Source of the DNA: Meyerozyma guilliermondii
Lineage: Eukaryota
Direction of reading: 5' to 3'
Assembly (NCBI GenBank): GCA_051546255.1
Contig: CP128816.1
Location: 1,240,001 to 1,304,000 of the forward strand
Length of the DNA stretch: 64,000 bases
Position numbers and translations under genes: made by a program. This document shows, one piece after another, positions 11,363-23,400 of the stretch. Positions within the stretch are counted from its first letter, which is position 1. Each line of letters starts with the position of its first letter. The notes under the pieces were generated by a model, which saw nothing but the letters and a program-made list of their open reading frames with translations, searched no databases and was not told the DNA's origin.

Positions 11363-13489
11363 TTAGTTTGACCCTAACATTTCTTGTAAGAACGCATCTG
11401 AATTAGGTTCTCTGCCCAACACTTCTTTTAATCCAATCATGATATCCCTCGAATCTCCAGGACGCAAGACCGAATCACGGTACTTGAGCCCGCTTTCAAC
11501 GCTCATTGGGTCTTTCTTGAAAAGGGTGTAATAAATGTCATTGGCAAATACTTGCGAATACAAGTATCCATAGTACCCAGATTCATAACCTCCAGCGAGA
11601 TGCCCAAAGGTGGAGTAACCGTGAGTTTTGATTCCATCGGTTTGTAAGAGCGAAATACTTTCTCTGTAGCCATTCCACAACTTGGCCAAGTCAAGAGTTT
11701 CCAAATCTTTTTCGTTGTCGACGGTATGGAGAGCCATATCGAAGAGTCCTAATTGTAACTGTCTCAAATTCAATAAACCAGTGTTTACGTGCTTAGATTT
11801 AATCAACAGATCAATAAGGTCGTCACTGATAGGCTCACCTGTTTCGTAATGTGCCGTCAACTTCTTGAGCTCGTTCTTAGACCAAGTCCAAAACTCAAGC
11901 ATTTGCGACGGGGTTTCAACAAAGTCCCTTGGTACAGCGGTACCGTGGAATCTTGAATACTTGGTCTGTGACAAGATGTTGTGGATTCCGTGTCCCAACT
12001 CGTGGAAGAAGGTAGTAACTTCGCTATGTTGCAAAAGCGATGGTTTGGTTTTGGTAGGCTTTGTAAAGTTGCAAACCAAAGCGGTGACAGGAGTCATACG
12101 ACCACCATCAGACAACTGGTAACCACCACCAAGAGGAAAATTGGCAGCATGGGTGTATTTTCCTTCTCTAGGATGCAAGTCAATGTATAACCATCCCATG
12201 AATTGGTTCTTTGGAGACCCATGAGTAATGTTTTGGTAGACAGCAAGAAGCTTGGCATCTGGATGCCACAAGGTTTTTGGGTCTGGGTTCTCAATCTGGT
12301 GTAACTTTATATCAAATATGGTTTCGTAGAATGAGAACATTTGCTTTATAGTATTATCAAGTGGAAAATATTTGGAGATCTTTTGGTGATCAACTTGGTA
12401 TTCCTTCTCCAAAAGCAAATTGCTGTAGTAAGAGTGATCCCAGGCGTAGTATACGTCTTGGGGAGGTAAGTTTCTAGACTTCAATTCGTTATTCTTGAAC
12501 TCCTTTAAGCGCTCAAGTTCATCTTTCCCCAATGGAGTAAGCTTATCACGAAGATCAGTGAGGAAGTCCATTACAGTTGACTTGGTCTTTGCCAAGCGAT
12601 CTTCCAAAACGTAGTCTGAGTAGGTATCGTAGCCCAAAAGCTTGGCGATTTTGAACCGAAGCTTAGCAACTTTCAACAAAATTTCAGAGTTTGCCATTAA
12701 CTTGTTCTCATTGGCAATGTAAGATTTCTTACGAATCTCTTGCTTTTTGGCATACTTGATCACAGGCAACACATCAGGGTACTTGAAAGTCATCTTGTAA
12801 CCACCTTCAACTTTTTCAAACTGGTCAAGATTATCTTGAGGTACACCTTCAAGATCTTCAGCCGTGTACACAATGAACCCTTTTTCTTCATTCATGTTTT
12901 TGTGAAAGTCGTTACAGAGGTTCGAAACCTCCACCTTGAGTCTTTTCACCTCTTCGCGCTTGTCTTCTGGGAGATCTAAACCATTACGCTTATAAGAAAT
13001 ATAGGTCTTTTCTAACCATCTGTAGGTTTCTGGGTCCATTTCGTCCTCCTTAGCAGACTCATACAATTTCTTGTAAACACGGTAGACATCAACCCTTGAA
13101 TTTTGTTCAATTGCAACCTCCAGCATTTTGCGCAGAGCCTCCGACGAAGCGTCTCTCAATTCTTTGTTGGCAGATACATTTTCGTAAAAAGTGATCATAT
13201 TCTCGCGCAAGTAGCTCTCGTTCTCATAGTTGATAACGGGAAAAACAACATTTTCAATGGTGGGGTTTTCAAGAGACACGATATGATCGTTCAATTTGAT
13301 CAAATCCTCACCCGCCTTTTTGGCAAGTTCCTCAACTTGTTGTGGAGTATGGGTCCATTGTGGAGGAGGATACGCTGGCGTGAAGAATGAAGAATTGGAA
13401 GTGGACATGATATAAGCACCAATTATTGCTAGTATTGGCCAAACAGCTCGCTTAAGTAGGTTGCGACTACGTGCCATGCGCGGCACCAT
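11363..13489 (-). CDS. PRD1: Saccharolysin / thimet oligopeptidase (peptidase M3A)
   Basis: FFHELGHGIH zinc motif, PRDFVETPSQMLE, GYYGYLYS; alternative ATG at 13408. Confidence 0.93.
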   Translation of the reverse strand: MVPRMARSRNLLKRAVWPILAIIGAYIMSTSNSSFFTPAYPPPQWTHTPQQVEELAKKAGEDLIKLNDHIVSLENPTIENVVFPVINYENESYLRENMITFYENVSANKELRDASSEALRKMLEVAIEQNSRVDVYRVYKKLYESAKEDEMDPETYRWLEKTYISYKRNGLDLPEDKREEVKRLKVEVSNLCNDFHKNMNEEKGFIVYTAEDLEGVPQDNLDQFEKVEGGYKMTFKYPDVLPVIKYAKKQEIRKKSYIANENKLMANSEILLKVAKLRFKIAKLLGYDTYSDYVLEDRLAKTKSTVMDFLTDLRDKLTPLGKDELERLKEFKNNELKSRNLPPQDVYYAWDHSYYSNLLLEKEYQVDHQKISKYFPLDNTIKQMFSFYETIFDIKLHQIENPDPKTLWHPDAKLLAVYQNITHGSPKNQFMGWLYIDLHPREGKYTHAANFPLGGGYQLSDGGRMTPVTALVCNFTKPTKTKPSLLQHSEVTTFFHELGHGIHNILSQTKYSRFHGTAVPRDFVETPSQMLEFWTWSKNELKKLTAHYETGEPISDDLIDLLIKSKHVNTGLLNLRQLQLGLFDMALHTVDNEKDLETLDLAKLWNGYRESISLLQTDGIKTHGYSTFGHLAGGYESGYYGYLYSQVFANDIYYTLFKKDPMSVESGLKYRDSVLRPGDSRDIMIGLKEVLGREPNSDAFLQEMLGSN

Positions 13490-13552
13490 TTTATTAAAGT
13501 GTACGTATTCTCGCGCCGCACAGGCAGTCGCATACCAAAAAAGTCTCTATTA

Positions 13553-14536
13553 TTAGCGGTTTAATCGAGCACCGTCCCACATTTTCATGAGCGACTTTTT
13601 GAACTGGTTGACATTGTAATCGATGATGGCCAACGAGCCATCAAGTTTATCTTCTTCGTAGCGGACTAGCGCTACCAATGCTAATCCTCGTATCATTTGC
13701 CCAAGGTATAAAAGCGAGCCATTCGAGAGGTGGCTCACCGATTTCAACGGCTTAGTAGTCCGAGTCAAATCTTTAGCACTTTCGTCCACGTACAAGTCAT
13801 TCAAGTCAATGGTGATGTCTATAAACTCGCCGCACACCTCGTAGGTCTGAATGTCCACCGGGGACGAGTCGGTGGCCACGTAAATTTTGGAATTGACATC
13901 GAAAAGGAACACTTTTTCAATGGCTGAATGTTGGACCAAATTGTCTAGCATGTTCTCCAACGAGGGGAGTTCAGGAATAAGTTTCTGTACAATGCGCGAG
14001 AACGCTTCGTAGATGGAATGGTCAAAAATACTCGTCAAGTAGAAAGAGACTTGTACTCCTTCCAACCCCAAATCCAAGAGCTCGTCGCCAGTTCGTTGCA
14101 TGATATCCCGCTGAGCATCTAGACGGTAATCCTCAGAGAGGCCGTCTATCTTGTGGATAAGAACCTCGATATTGATGCGTGGGTTCACCAGATACGCATA
14201 TTCAATGATCATGGAGAGATTGGTCAATGCATTGAGGTACTCGTCCTGCGAGTCTATGACATATACCAATGCTCCCACGCTCGAGAAAAGTCGCTCGGAA
14301 TCGTATGTGGGCTCGAAATAGTTGAGCTGGCCCGGAAGTTCCATAACAGAAAGGTCTATCAACGACAGAAATTGTTCCGTGGTGGGCTTCGAGGTACTCT
14401 CCAAATAAAGCGTATCTAGAGGCTGCATATTGTGAAAGACAACTTTGCAAATAGACGACTTGCCGCCACGACGAAGCCCCATAAGGAGAATCGTGGCGGA
14501 TCTATCGCGAGGATCCTGCATTACCGTAGCCTCCAT
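13553..14536 (-). CDS. GTR2: Rag C/D-type GTPase
   Basis: LLMGLRRGGKSSI, ELPGQL, IHKIDGL, LTSIFDHS, IYVATDSSPVD. Confidence 0.95.
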   Translation of the reverse strand: MEATVMQDPRDRSATILLMGLRRGGKSSICKVVFHNMQPLDTLYLESTSKPTTEQFLSLIDLSVMELPGQLNYFEPTYDSERLFSSVGALVYVIDSQDEYLNALTNLSMIIEYAYLVNPRINIEVLIHKIDGLSEDYRLDAQRDIMQRTGDELLDLGLEGVQVSFYLTSIFDHSIYEAFSRIVQKLIPELPSLENMLDNLVQHSAIEKVFLFDVNSKIYVATDSSPVDIQTYEVCGEFIDITIDLNDLYVDESAKDLTRTTKPLKSVSHLSNGSLLYLGQMIRGLALVALVRYEEDKLDGSLAIIDYNVNQFKKSLMKMWDGARLNR

Positions 14537-14605
14537 GTCTAATGTTATTTGAAATTCGTGGGCTTATATTTCGCGATGTATATACTGCATACGGGCTCGC
14601 GGGTT

Positions 14606-16273
14606 TCATGGCCGGAGTCTCTTGGGGTCTCTGGGGAAGAGAGATGCACGACGAATATTCTTCAAATCCAAGTAGAACATTAACACTCTTTCCAATCCAA
14701 TACCTCCACCGGCGTGTGGGGGACATCCGTAAGTGAACGCATCGATGTAATCAGAAAGCCCTGGTGCATTGGGGTCGATGTCAAGGTCGATCATTCTCTT
14801 CTTCAACAATTCGGGATCGTGGATACGCTGGGCTCCCGACATGATTTCCTCTCCACGCATGAAGAAATCGTACGAGTTGGAGTAACGAGGGTCTTCAGGG
14901 TCGGGCATGGTGTAGGCTGGTCTGATAGCCAATGGGAATTTGTCCAAGATGTAGAAATCGGTGTCGTATTTCTCTCTCACCAATTTTCCAAGCAACTTTT
15001 CATTCTCAGTCGACAAGTCGTCAAAGTCTCCAACGTCCTTGCCTGCTTCTCTCAACATAGCCACACCTTCTTTGAACTCGATTCTCACCATCTTTCCGTC
15101 CTTGGGAAGCTTGAACTCTTCCATGGGGTATTGTCTTCTGACGGTAGCAATTTCCTTAGCATATCTTGACTTCAATTCGGAGAAAATGTACACGAACAAG
15201 TCAGCCAAGTTGTCCAAAACCTCGTGGTAATGCTCTTCAAACGTCATTTCCAAATCCATTCCCATAAATTCAGTCATGTGTCTGTGTGTGTTAGAGTTCT
15301 CGGCACGGAACACTGGTGCAACTTCGTAGACTTTTTCGAAATCAGCTGCGATCAATTGTTGCTTGTAGAATTGAGGAGACTGTGCCAAGTAGGCCAGGCT
15401 CTTAAAGTAGGTGACTTCAAACACATTGGCACCACCTTCCGTCGCAGCACCCAAAAGCTTTGGGGTGTGGATTTCCACGAAACCTTTCTTGTCTAAAAAT
15501 TCACGGAACAATTTACCAACGCCAGCTTGAATTTTAAAGATGGCTTGGTTAGTGGTGGTTCTTAAATCGATTACACGAGCATCCAATCTGGTATCAAGAT
15601 TGACGACAGGTAAACCAGCAGCCTCGGCTTCTGCATCGGATCTCGAGGCATCTTCTATAAGAATAGGCAATTGTTCTGGAGCCGCTGAAATAACATAGAT
15701 CTTGCTCACATGAATCTCTGCATCCTGAACGGTGGCAGACTTGATGGGTTCCTCAACTTTGCGGACTTCTCCGTGGACAACTACAATCGATTCCAAGTTG
15801 ATGGAGCCGGCAAACTTGACCATTTGCTTCAGCACTTGTTCACCATCTGCTTTTATCAAGCACTGAATCAACTCAGATTGCTGTCTCAACGTCAAAAATG
15901 CCATGGTGGCTCCTTGTTGACGAGAATTGTGCACTCTAGCTCTGATGATGACAGACTTTCCATCGTCGGCGGCCGACAAATTCTCAATCTTGGATCTCTT
16001 TTCGCCAGTCACAACCGAAGAGTTGATCAATGGCGACTTACCATAGTTGTCCTTAGCAGGGTCGTTGGCGGCTTTGGCTTCTCTTTCGGCTTTTTCCTTT
16101 GCCAATTGTGCTTCTCTCTCAGCCTTCTTCTTGGCCTTTTCCTTCTCTTTCTCTAATTTTTTGAGTGCCTTTTTGGACAAAGGCTGGCCATCAGGACCGA
16201 GTACCACTTCTCCGGCTGGTTCCTCTTTGTTTTCCAGGATCTTAAGCTTTTCAATTTCGGTCGAATCTGCCAT
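14606..16273 (-). CDS. DPS1: Cytoplasmic aspartyl-tRNA synthetase
   Basis: Lys-rich N-terminal extension, [45 protein letters not shown]. Confidence 0.97.
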   Translation of the reverse strand: MADSTEIEKLKILENKEEPAGEVVLGPDGQPLSKKALKKLEKEKEKAKKKAEREAQLAKEKAEREAKAANDPAKDNYGKSPLINSSVVTGEKRSKIENLSAADDGKSVIIRARVHNSRQQGATMAFLTLRQQSELIQCLIKADGEQVLKQMVKFAGSINLESIVVVHGEVRKVEEPIKSATVQDAEIHVSKIYVISAAPEQLPILIEDASRSDAEAEAAGLPVVNLDTRLDARVIDLRTTTNQAIFKIQAGVGKLFREFLDKKGFVEIHTPKLLGAATEGGANVFEVTYFKSLAYLAQSPQFYKQQLIAADFEKVYEVAPVFRAENSNTHRHMTEFMGMDLEMTFEEHYHEVLDNLADLFVYIFSELKSRYAKEIATVRRQYPMEEFKLPKDGKMVRIEFKEGVAMLREAGKDVGDFDDLSTENEKLLGKLVREKYDTDFYILDKFPLAIRPAYTMPDPEDPRYSNSYDFFMRGEEIMSGAQRIHDPELLKKRMIDLDIDPNAPGLSDYIDAFTYGCPPHAGGGIGLERVLMFYLDLKNIRRASLFPRDPKRLRP

Positions 16274-16348
16274 AATTACTATGCTCTGAGAATGTCAAAA
16301 GAATTGAAAAATTGTCGCATCCGGCATGCTATACAGACACACTACTGT

Positions 16349-16355
16349 TGACTCA
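16349..16355. promoter_or_regulatory. Gcn4-type site TGACTCA upstream of DPS1
   Basis: Perfect consensus 76 bp upstream of an aminoacyl-tRNA synthetase ATG. Confidence 0.55.
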
Positions 16356-16433
16356 TATACAGTTGCAAAATGCACCAAATGGGTCTATGATGGTCTATAA
16401 CTTTTTGGGAGGTACTTTATTGGTCTATGCTAT

Positions 16434-17234
16434 TCACTTGGTCAATTTGCTCCATACTTGCAGAGTTGAGTTTTTATCGTCGTTTTCTCTTTTTAACCGT
16501 TGTCTTTCCAAACCTTCTTTTCGTTTCCGTTCTCGCCTCTCCTCCTTAGTCTCTATATGGCTGGAAGCCTCAGCGCTAAGGACACGAAGGCTTTCCATGG
16601 ACCTCTCTAATTGCTGGAGTTTTCGAAAGTTTTCCGCAAATCGATCCTCTGCCAATTTCGTTGCCAATTGCAAGTATTCTTCAGAAACCATAATCTTGAA
16701 AATTTGGTTGTCAAAGTAGCCAATTGGAATATCAAGCTTGATGGAAATACGGATCCCCACTATGTCGTTCGTTCCTATTCCTGATTCTCGAAATCCACAG
16801 GCCATCGCTGCCTGATATACTCGATTGGCCATTATTGTGTTTCTGCATTTAACATGGAGGATAAGCGGCTCAAACTTGAATAGTATGTACCTCGTGCTTG
16901 CTCCAATTTGAAAACCTGAAGAAACATATTCGAAATTCATTCGGTTATACCATCCTGAAAGTTCCTTCGGATCATGTGATACAAATAACCACCTCCCTTC
17001 GTGACCCTTGGCTCCAATGCTCCTATTCACCGCGTCTGATTGCTTAACACCCTCTAAGAATACCGAAACTCTCCCTGAACAAGAAGAAGTGGTCACCATA
17101 TCGGGGTGTGAATTTATGGTTTGTATTATAGGCCAGCATGGTTCATCGATTGTACCTTTTGGAGATGCATCGAGTACACTAGAAGCTATTTCCTGAAGTA
17201 TGTAGCTTTTTTTCTGGTCAAATGGATCTTGCAT
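16434..17234 (-). CDS. TYW3: tRNA wybutosine-synthesis methyltransferase
   Basis: DASPKGTID, TTSSCSGRVSVF, FKFEPLILHV, GFRESG. Confidence 0.93.
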   Translation of the reverse strand: MQDPFDQKKSYILQEIASSVLDASPKGTIDEPCWPIIQTINSHPDMVTTSSCSGRVSVFLEGVKQSDAVNRSIGAKGHEGRWLFVSHDPKELSGWYNRMNFEYVSSGFQIGASTRYILFKFEPLILHVKCRNTIMANRVYQAAMACGFRESGIGTNDIVGIRISIKLDIPIGYFDNQIFKIMVSEEYLQLATKLAEDRFAENFRKLQQLERSMESLRVLSAEASSHIETKEERRERKRKEGLERQRLKRENDDKNSTLQVWSKLTK

Positions 17235-17318
17235 ATTGGTTGTCGGTTAATCTATTGACTCGAATCTAACCCGATCTCTAATTCGCGATGCTCATCACCA
17301 ACCATACAGTACACTGGC

Positions 17319-20279
17319 TCATTTCAACGCTACCAAAAACTTTTGTTCATCTTCTGGAGATAGATCGAATAACGTTTTGACCACAGGAAGCAACTGGTCT
17401 CTCTGTTCCTTGTGCTCAAAGAAACCTAGTAAAACGTTTTTGAGGTATGCAATATTGGTCGAAGAATTAGGCTTTGATTCCTCTTCAGAAATCCTACTTG
17501 ACCGCCGCGAATCTACCGAAGTTCGAGCACTTTCGGGCTCTGTAGCGGCGGAGTTTGCTCGAGACCGCATATTGTTCTCTTTCAAGGTACGATATTGCTG
17601 TGTGAGCAACTTGTAACTCTTCAGCAACCGTTCAAACTTGAGGTTGGACTCTTCATTGAGTTTTTTCAAGATGCTGTTCACGTTTTCATAATCTTTAATC
17701 TTCTTGGACGAGTCTCGTAACGAAGTGCGAAGTATTTCAATCGTCTCGAGAACTTCTTCTGAATCTTCATTTGCCTCATTTGTATTTCCTCCTTTGCTGG
17801 CCGCAAGATCATCATACTTTGTCTTTAATTGGTTGTATCTCGCCTCCAATTCTTGAAGCTTGGTCAAGTAATTGTCGGTGATCGACTTCATCTCATCAAT
17901 TTCTCGTTGCTTCTTTTTGCTGGCACTCATCCACTCGGCCTCGACACGCTCCTTATCCTCTTTCAACGACTGGATTTCTGCCATTAATTCGCCGTCTTTC
18001 GCTTTGAGAGATTCCTCGGCATCCATGAGCAATCTTCGAATTGTGTTCGACTCTCTCGTACGCTCCAGTAGCATGTTCCGTGCCTCTGAAAGCTCATCTT
18101 GCATGCTATCAACTTTGTCTTGAGCTTCTTTTGACTTCATATAAAGCTCTTCATACCTCTGCTTGAAGGTCAGTAACTCAGAAGCAACATGCTGTTTATC
18201 TCGTGCAACGTTTTCATGCTTTCTGTTTAATGCCTCTAATTCTGTTGACAACGATTGTTTTTCAGCTTGCAACTTGAAAAGCTGCTGCTCCATAGATTTA
18301 CCCTTCTCGAACAGCAACTCCTGTTTTGTTATCAACTCGTTTTTATCACTCACCAATGATTTGTTGTTGGCCTCAAGTTCCATTTTTTGCCTCTTGGTTA
18401 GCGCTAAAGAATCCGCGAGCTCCTTCTCTCGCAAAGTTAGCTTTTCCACCTCTTTCCTAAGTTCCTTGATCAGTTGCTCCTTATGATCTAAAGAAACTTG
18501 CAATGTTGAAACTTCAAGCTTGAGAGAAGTGTCTGAACTTTTGTATTTGGCGAGTTCAGAAAGTCGCTTGTTTAACTCTTCCTTTTCGGACGTAATGCTT
18601 CCCACTTCTCTCTTCAGTCGCTCTAGCTCAGCTTTGACTTCATCTAGTTTCTTCTGAAGCTCTTTGACAGAGGCTGACAATTTGTTATTTTCGTTTCTCA
18701 ATTCCTCTGAGTTGTCAGTTACATCTTTCTGTTTGGAAGTTTGCGTGGCTCTTTCCTGTTCAAGATCTTTAATGGTCGCTTCGAATTGAAGTATTTTGGA
18801 TTCAAGTGCGTTCTTATCGACCTTTAATTGAGCAAGTTCCTTTTCCATATCAGAATATTGCCCATCCGCCTTACCGTTTTCCAGGGCTTGAGCATTAAGC
18901 TCTTTTATTCGATCTTTGGCTTGCACCAATTCATCGCCGACATCTCGTAACAGGTCTCTCAATTCCTCAAGATCCTCGGATTGAAGCTGGCATTTCTCTC
19001 TCAATTCTTTGACTTCATTTGACTTGTTGACGTTTGCTATTTCCTGTTCCTTTTCACTTAATTGTCCCTCCAACTCTGCAATGCGTTCCTTCAATTTTTT
19101 GATTTGAAGATCGGTTGGACCTTCTGATGCTACGTTTGTTGATGCAGACTTGTTGTTCTTCTTGTTCTTGTTTTTCTTCTTCTTATTACCCGACGGTTGA
19201 GCATCAACCGAAGCATCTGGTTTACTGAGGCTAGATGAGCTGCTTTCCAAGGACGCTAATTTTAGCTCCAATCCATCCTTCTCTTTCCTTAACAGCTCAG
19301 CTTTGGCTTCGAGCTCTTTCGTTTTTGATTCAAGCTCCGAGCGGGCTTGTTCAGACTCCGATTTGAGACTCGTTAACTGCTCTTCGTCACGAGCTTTCAG
19401 TTCACGAAGCAGTTCATTTTCTTGAGAAAGAGTTGAAGAGCTCTCTTCTAATTGAGTGAGAGAAACTCTAAGCTCATCAATCTCAGATTTACGGCTCGCC
19501 AAGTCATTTTCTGTTGTCTTCAACTGCAGCTTGAGCGCTTCTATCTCAGAAGAAGCACTCAGGTCGTTGACGGTTAGGTCCGAAGCACTTGGATTCAGCT
19601 CAAGTTCATTGATTTTTGCTTCGTATTCTTTAATCTTTTGGTTGATATCTGAAACCGTATTTTCCAAGTCCGTTTTCGATTTTGCAAGGTTTGTCTTTTC
19701 TCGAGATAGACGACGCATTTCCACATTAAGCATGGTGGTCTTTTCGTTGAGGCCCTTAAGGTAGTCGATTAAGACGCCTGCGTCCGAGATACTGGATATA
19801 GGAGTGTTCTCACTCAAAAGTTTCTCAAACATATCGATCAACTCGCTTTTCCTCTTCTCAGTCTTATATGCCTCGAGAAGTAACGGATACTTCTCTTCGT
19901 ACTTTGCAAACTTCTTCATCTTGGCCCGGACTTGTGGAGTCAAAGTCTCGAGATCAATTCCCGAAATCACGTTTGGAGTTGAAGGCTTGTCTATTCTTGG
20001 GGCAACCGGGTTAGTTTCAATTGTCTTTTCATGTTTCGCATCCAGGTCAATGTTAGTCTGCTCCTTTTGCTCTGAAGTTTTCAGAGACTCTTCATGCTCC
20101 ATCGGCATTTCTGCCTCGTCTTGTGGTTGCGATAAATCGTTAGGATCTGGCGTCTTTGTATGGAGAATTTTGTTTCCGCTTTGTAGTTCTTTGACAGGAT
20201 TCTTTCTCTGCTCCTCGGCACTAAACTCATTCAAGCTCTTAGCTACGTCCTCAGAGAAGTTTCGTAGCTTGGAAAACAT
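17319..20279 (-). CDS. IMH1: GRIP-domain golgin
   Basis: Long coiled coil; C-terminal AYLKNVLLGFFEHKEQRDQLLPVVKTL GRIP domain; start MFSKL; adjacent to CDC25. Confidence 0.92.
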   Translation of the reverse strand: MFSKLRNFSEDVAKSLNEFSAEEQRKNPVKELQSGNKILHTKTPDPNDLSQPQDEAEMPMEHEESLKTSEQKEQTNIDLDAKHEKTIETNPVAPRIDKPSTPNVISGIDLETLTPQVRAKMKKFAKYEEKYPLLLEAYKTEKRKSELIDMFEKLLSENTPISSISDAGVLIDYLKGLNEKTTMLNVEMRRLSREKTNLAKSKTDLENTVSDINQKIKEYEAKINELELNPSASDLTVNDLSASSEIEALKLQLKTTENDLASRKSEIDELRVSLTQLEESSSTLSQENELLRELKARDEEQLTSLKSESEQARSELESKTKELEAKAELLRKEKDGLELKLASLESSSSSLSKPDASVDAQPSGNKKKKNKNKKNNKSASTNVASEGPTDLQIKKLKERIAELEGQLSEKEQEIANVNKSNEVKELREKCQLQSEDLEELRDLLRDVGDELVQAKDRIKELNAQALENGKADGQYSDMEKELAQLKVDKNALESKILQFEATIKDLEQERATQTSKQKDVTDNSEELRNENNKLSASVKELQKKLDEVKAELERLKREVGSITSEKEELNKRLSELAKYKSSDTSLKLEVSTLQVSLDHKEQLIKELRKEVEKLTLREKELADSLALTKRQKMELEANNKSLVSDKNELITKQELLFEKGKSMEQQLFKLQAEKQSLSTELEALNRKHENVARDKQHVASELLTFKQRYEELYMKSKEAQDKVDSMQDELSEARNMLLERTRESNTIRRLLMDAEESLKAKDGELMAEIQSLKEDKERVEAEWMSASKKKQREIDEMKSITDNYLTKLQELEARYNQLKTKYDDLAASKGGNTNEANEDSEEVLETIEILRTSLRDSSKKIKDYENVNSILKKLNEESNLKFERLLKSYKLLTQQYRTLKENNMRSRANSAATEPESARTSVDSRRSSRISEEESKPNSSTNIAYLKNVLLGFFEHKEQRDQLLPVVKTLFDLSPEDEQKFLVALK

Positions 20280-20468
20280 CTGGTGCAACAGGAACGCCTA
20301 CCGTTGGTATTGAATCGCACACAAGAAGGCTAAGTAAAGGTGATGAAGTTATATACAGGAGCAATATAAAGATCATGATGATGAAACCAAGTTGGAATTA
20401 AAAGTTTGTACTATTCAAATATACGAATATAACACCTATTTTTAGCGTGGAGACATACCGGCTGTCAC

Positions 20469-23400
20469 TCACAGTTTATTGAAGACAAAGTTTCCCAACA
20501 GTGATTTCTGGTTCCGCGGACCACTGCTACCACCCTGGCTCGACTCTCGTGGTTCAAGGTTCAAAGATAATTGATACTGCTCGTCTATGCTTGGACATTT
20601 GTCGAACCAAGAATCCAAGTATGCTTGAATTTCGCTTACTTCTTGGAGGTTGTAGGCTGTAGTTTTGAACCGGTCTATTCCAGACACAATTTCAGTAGTC
20701 TTGGAACGTTTTGCAAAGTTGATCATTCTGGTTCGATTCAATAGGTAGTCGGGATTTCCGTGATACACGAACGTGAGATCACTAAGATAGACACCAAAGA
20801 AAGGAACACAAGGTTCTGAACCAATAAATTTAAGCACATCTCTGTATTCGTTAAAGTTTCGAGACGAGTTCATTAGACGGTTCATGCTCTGAAGATGCAT
20901 CGCAGTCTCTGGTGAAACATATCTCCAAGTTTTCTTTAAACGATGCACCGACGACGAGTATAATGCCGATATAATAGCCGTCATAGACGAGAAATTGTTG
21001 TACTGACGACACTTCTCTGCCACTTGCACAAAATATCTGATCACCTGGACTCTCTTTTTCACATCAGGTTTCCTAAGAATCATGTAAGCAACAAAGTTAG
21101 TTAGTTGATTCGAAGCCTTAATGAAGTGGGTAATCAGCTCAGTGCTTTCTGATAAACCGGACTTGCGGCCCCAGACCTTGGCAATACATGCATGCTTGGT
21201 GATCTTGGAGTATAACTTGAACTCTCGTATGGTCAATTGTCTCGCGAGCTCGACATAGTCAATATCAAGAAGCTTGAATTTCTTTGAACCTCTTGTAAGT
21301 GGAGCAGGAGGACGCCCTGATACCACGCTTGGTTCTCTTTCAAAGCAGATCTTTTCTCCATCTAACACTCTTTGGATATCTGCAGACAAAATCTTACCGC
21401 CTGAAAGCGATTGAACCGCCGGACTCTGAGCGAATGCCAACCACCGCTCCAAGATCTGTTCCTGATAGTACGAGTCTACCCAATACTTTTCCAATAACAA
21501 CCTCATCACCAGAATGACCTTGAGTCGAATTGGTGCTTGCTTCTGAGAAATCCAGGTATTATACTCTTCAAAGCTCAATCCTTCTGGGGCTTCAATATTG
21601 AAGCGATTGATCATGAGAGTGAGGAGTTCACCCAAAGTAGTAACAGTAGAAAAGGAAAACAAAAAGGATGAGGTAAATGAGCTGTCAGTCTGGTCGTGGT
21701 GGGTGAGATGAGCCACAAGCGCTTCCTTAGTACCTCCTTTAATGTTTCCCTTCAAGTCAAGTAACAAGTCGAATTCTTCGTCACCTTCAAGATACCACGG
21801 TACATTCGTTGTTTGCTTTTTGCTTCCATAAAACGAATGGCCCTCTTCAGCTTTCTCGGATAAGCTAGTGTTGTTTCGCTCAATAACCAAGAGCTGCATA
21901 TTCACATCATCATGCATCACTCTGGTGGCATAGTTTAAGATTGTTTCTCTCTCCTCAATCAAGTGTTGAACTATATCCAGCATGGAATCTAACAATTTCA
22001 AACCTCCATGAAGAGTCTTCGTCATTGTGGTGTCAGGGTTGAGAGACATAGACTCTCCCTTTTCCTTTTCGATTTTTTCAGTCATGAGTCGAGCCAACAT
22101 TCTTGATGCTCTTTCCGTTGGCATTTTGATTACGTCGCGATCGTAAAGTAGATCATCGTCCTCTTTGACAGCTCTGAACACATCGGGATCTTCCAATGTT
22201 AAAGCCTGTGTCGTCATGACAACTTTGGAAACATGATCGTGGAACTGCTGCTTGAATTGAAAGAAGTCCAAAACCACGGGATAATCAAATGTTAGTCCGC
22301 TACGCTCATACTCACCAACCCCATCTTTCAAAGACTCTTCACTGGGTGCATCTTTGAGCCCCTTGTCTGACCTTTCCTCCTGCTCGCCTGGTGAAGAGCT
22401 GGTGTCCCATTTGCGAATTAAACAGAAAATGGTGAAATCGAACGACTCAAGAACGTCCATGATGAGTCCCGCATGGAATAAGTACTTGTAAGCCAGACGA
22501 AGAATCTCTGTATTCCGTTCCTTGACAAGGGCTTTGTTGTAGTACATATGCTGGTTTGCAGGGTCCAATACTTCGAGCAATGAGTTAGCGATTTTCTCTG
22601 CTTCTGTCTTTTGAGTGACAACTTTTTCATGAGCATCACGGTCAATCAATACCTTCAGATGATGTCTGTTCTTGAGATCATTACCACTTGCGTTGAGCAC
22701 TGGATTGCTGGTAGCAAAGAACGGATTGCACCAGTTCCCACCATTGAACTCATCGGTCAAAAACCGAGGATACAATTGTGGTAATATATCGTAGCGCTCT
22801 TCACCATCATCGTCTGAAACATCTGAGCCATCGTAATCGGATTTTTTGACTCTTTTGTCTTTTGTGATTTTCATAAAGATCTTTACAAAATTGTCGAGGT
22901 TGTAGCGAAGTGTTTCAACTTCGAGCACTATCTGCTGGATATAAGTCTTGCCAGTTATTGTGCTTACGCTGGGGTTACGGAGTGGGAATGTTCCCTCCTC
23001 GTTGTTTCCGATTGTCGACAATGAAGATTTACAGCTGTCGTTTGCATCTGATCGATTTAGAGCATTGATATCGTTGCTGAAAAGTTGCGAGTCAGATATA
23101 TGTGGCGAGTGGTGCATAACATTCAAATGAAGAGCACCATTGATGTAAATCTGGGCGTACGAACTCACAATTCGACGAAGTTTTCTCTTGAGCGACAATT
23201 CATATTTGGTGGATAAGAAATCGTTTTGTTGTAATCTGGCTGCCGAAGCAAGTAAGGAAACGAGTTTGTTTAACATCGAGAAATGAGCATTAAAAAGTTG
23301 TTTGCTATAGTCCTTTAGTGCCTTCAAGCATAGTTCTAAAATATAATGAATTTGTGCTCGAAGTTCAGACCATTGTGTCAAGTCTGTAGGGTGCTTGTAG

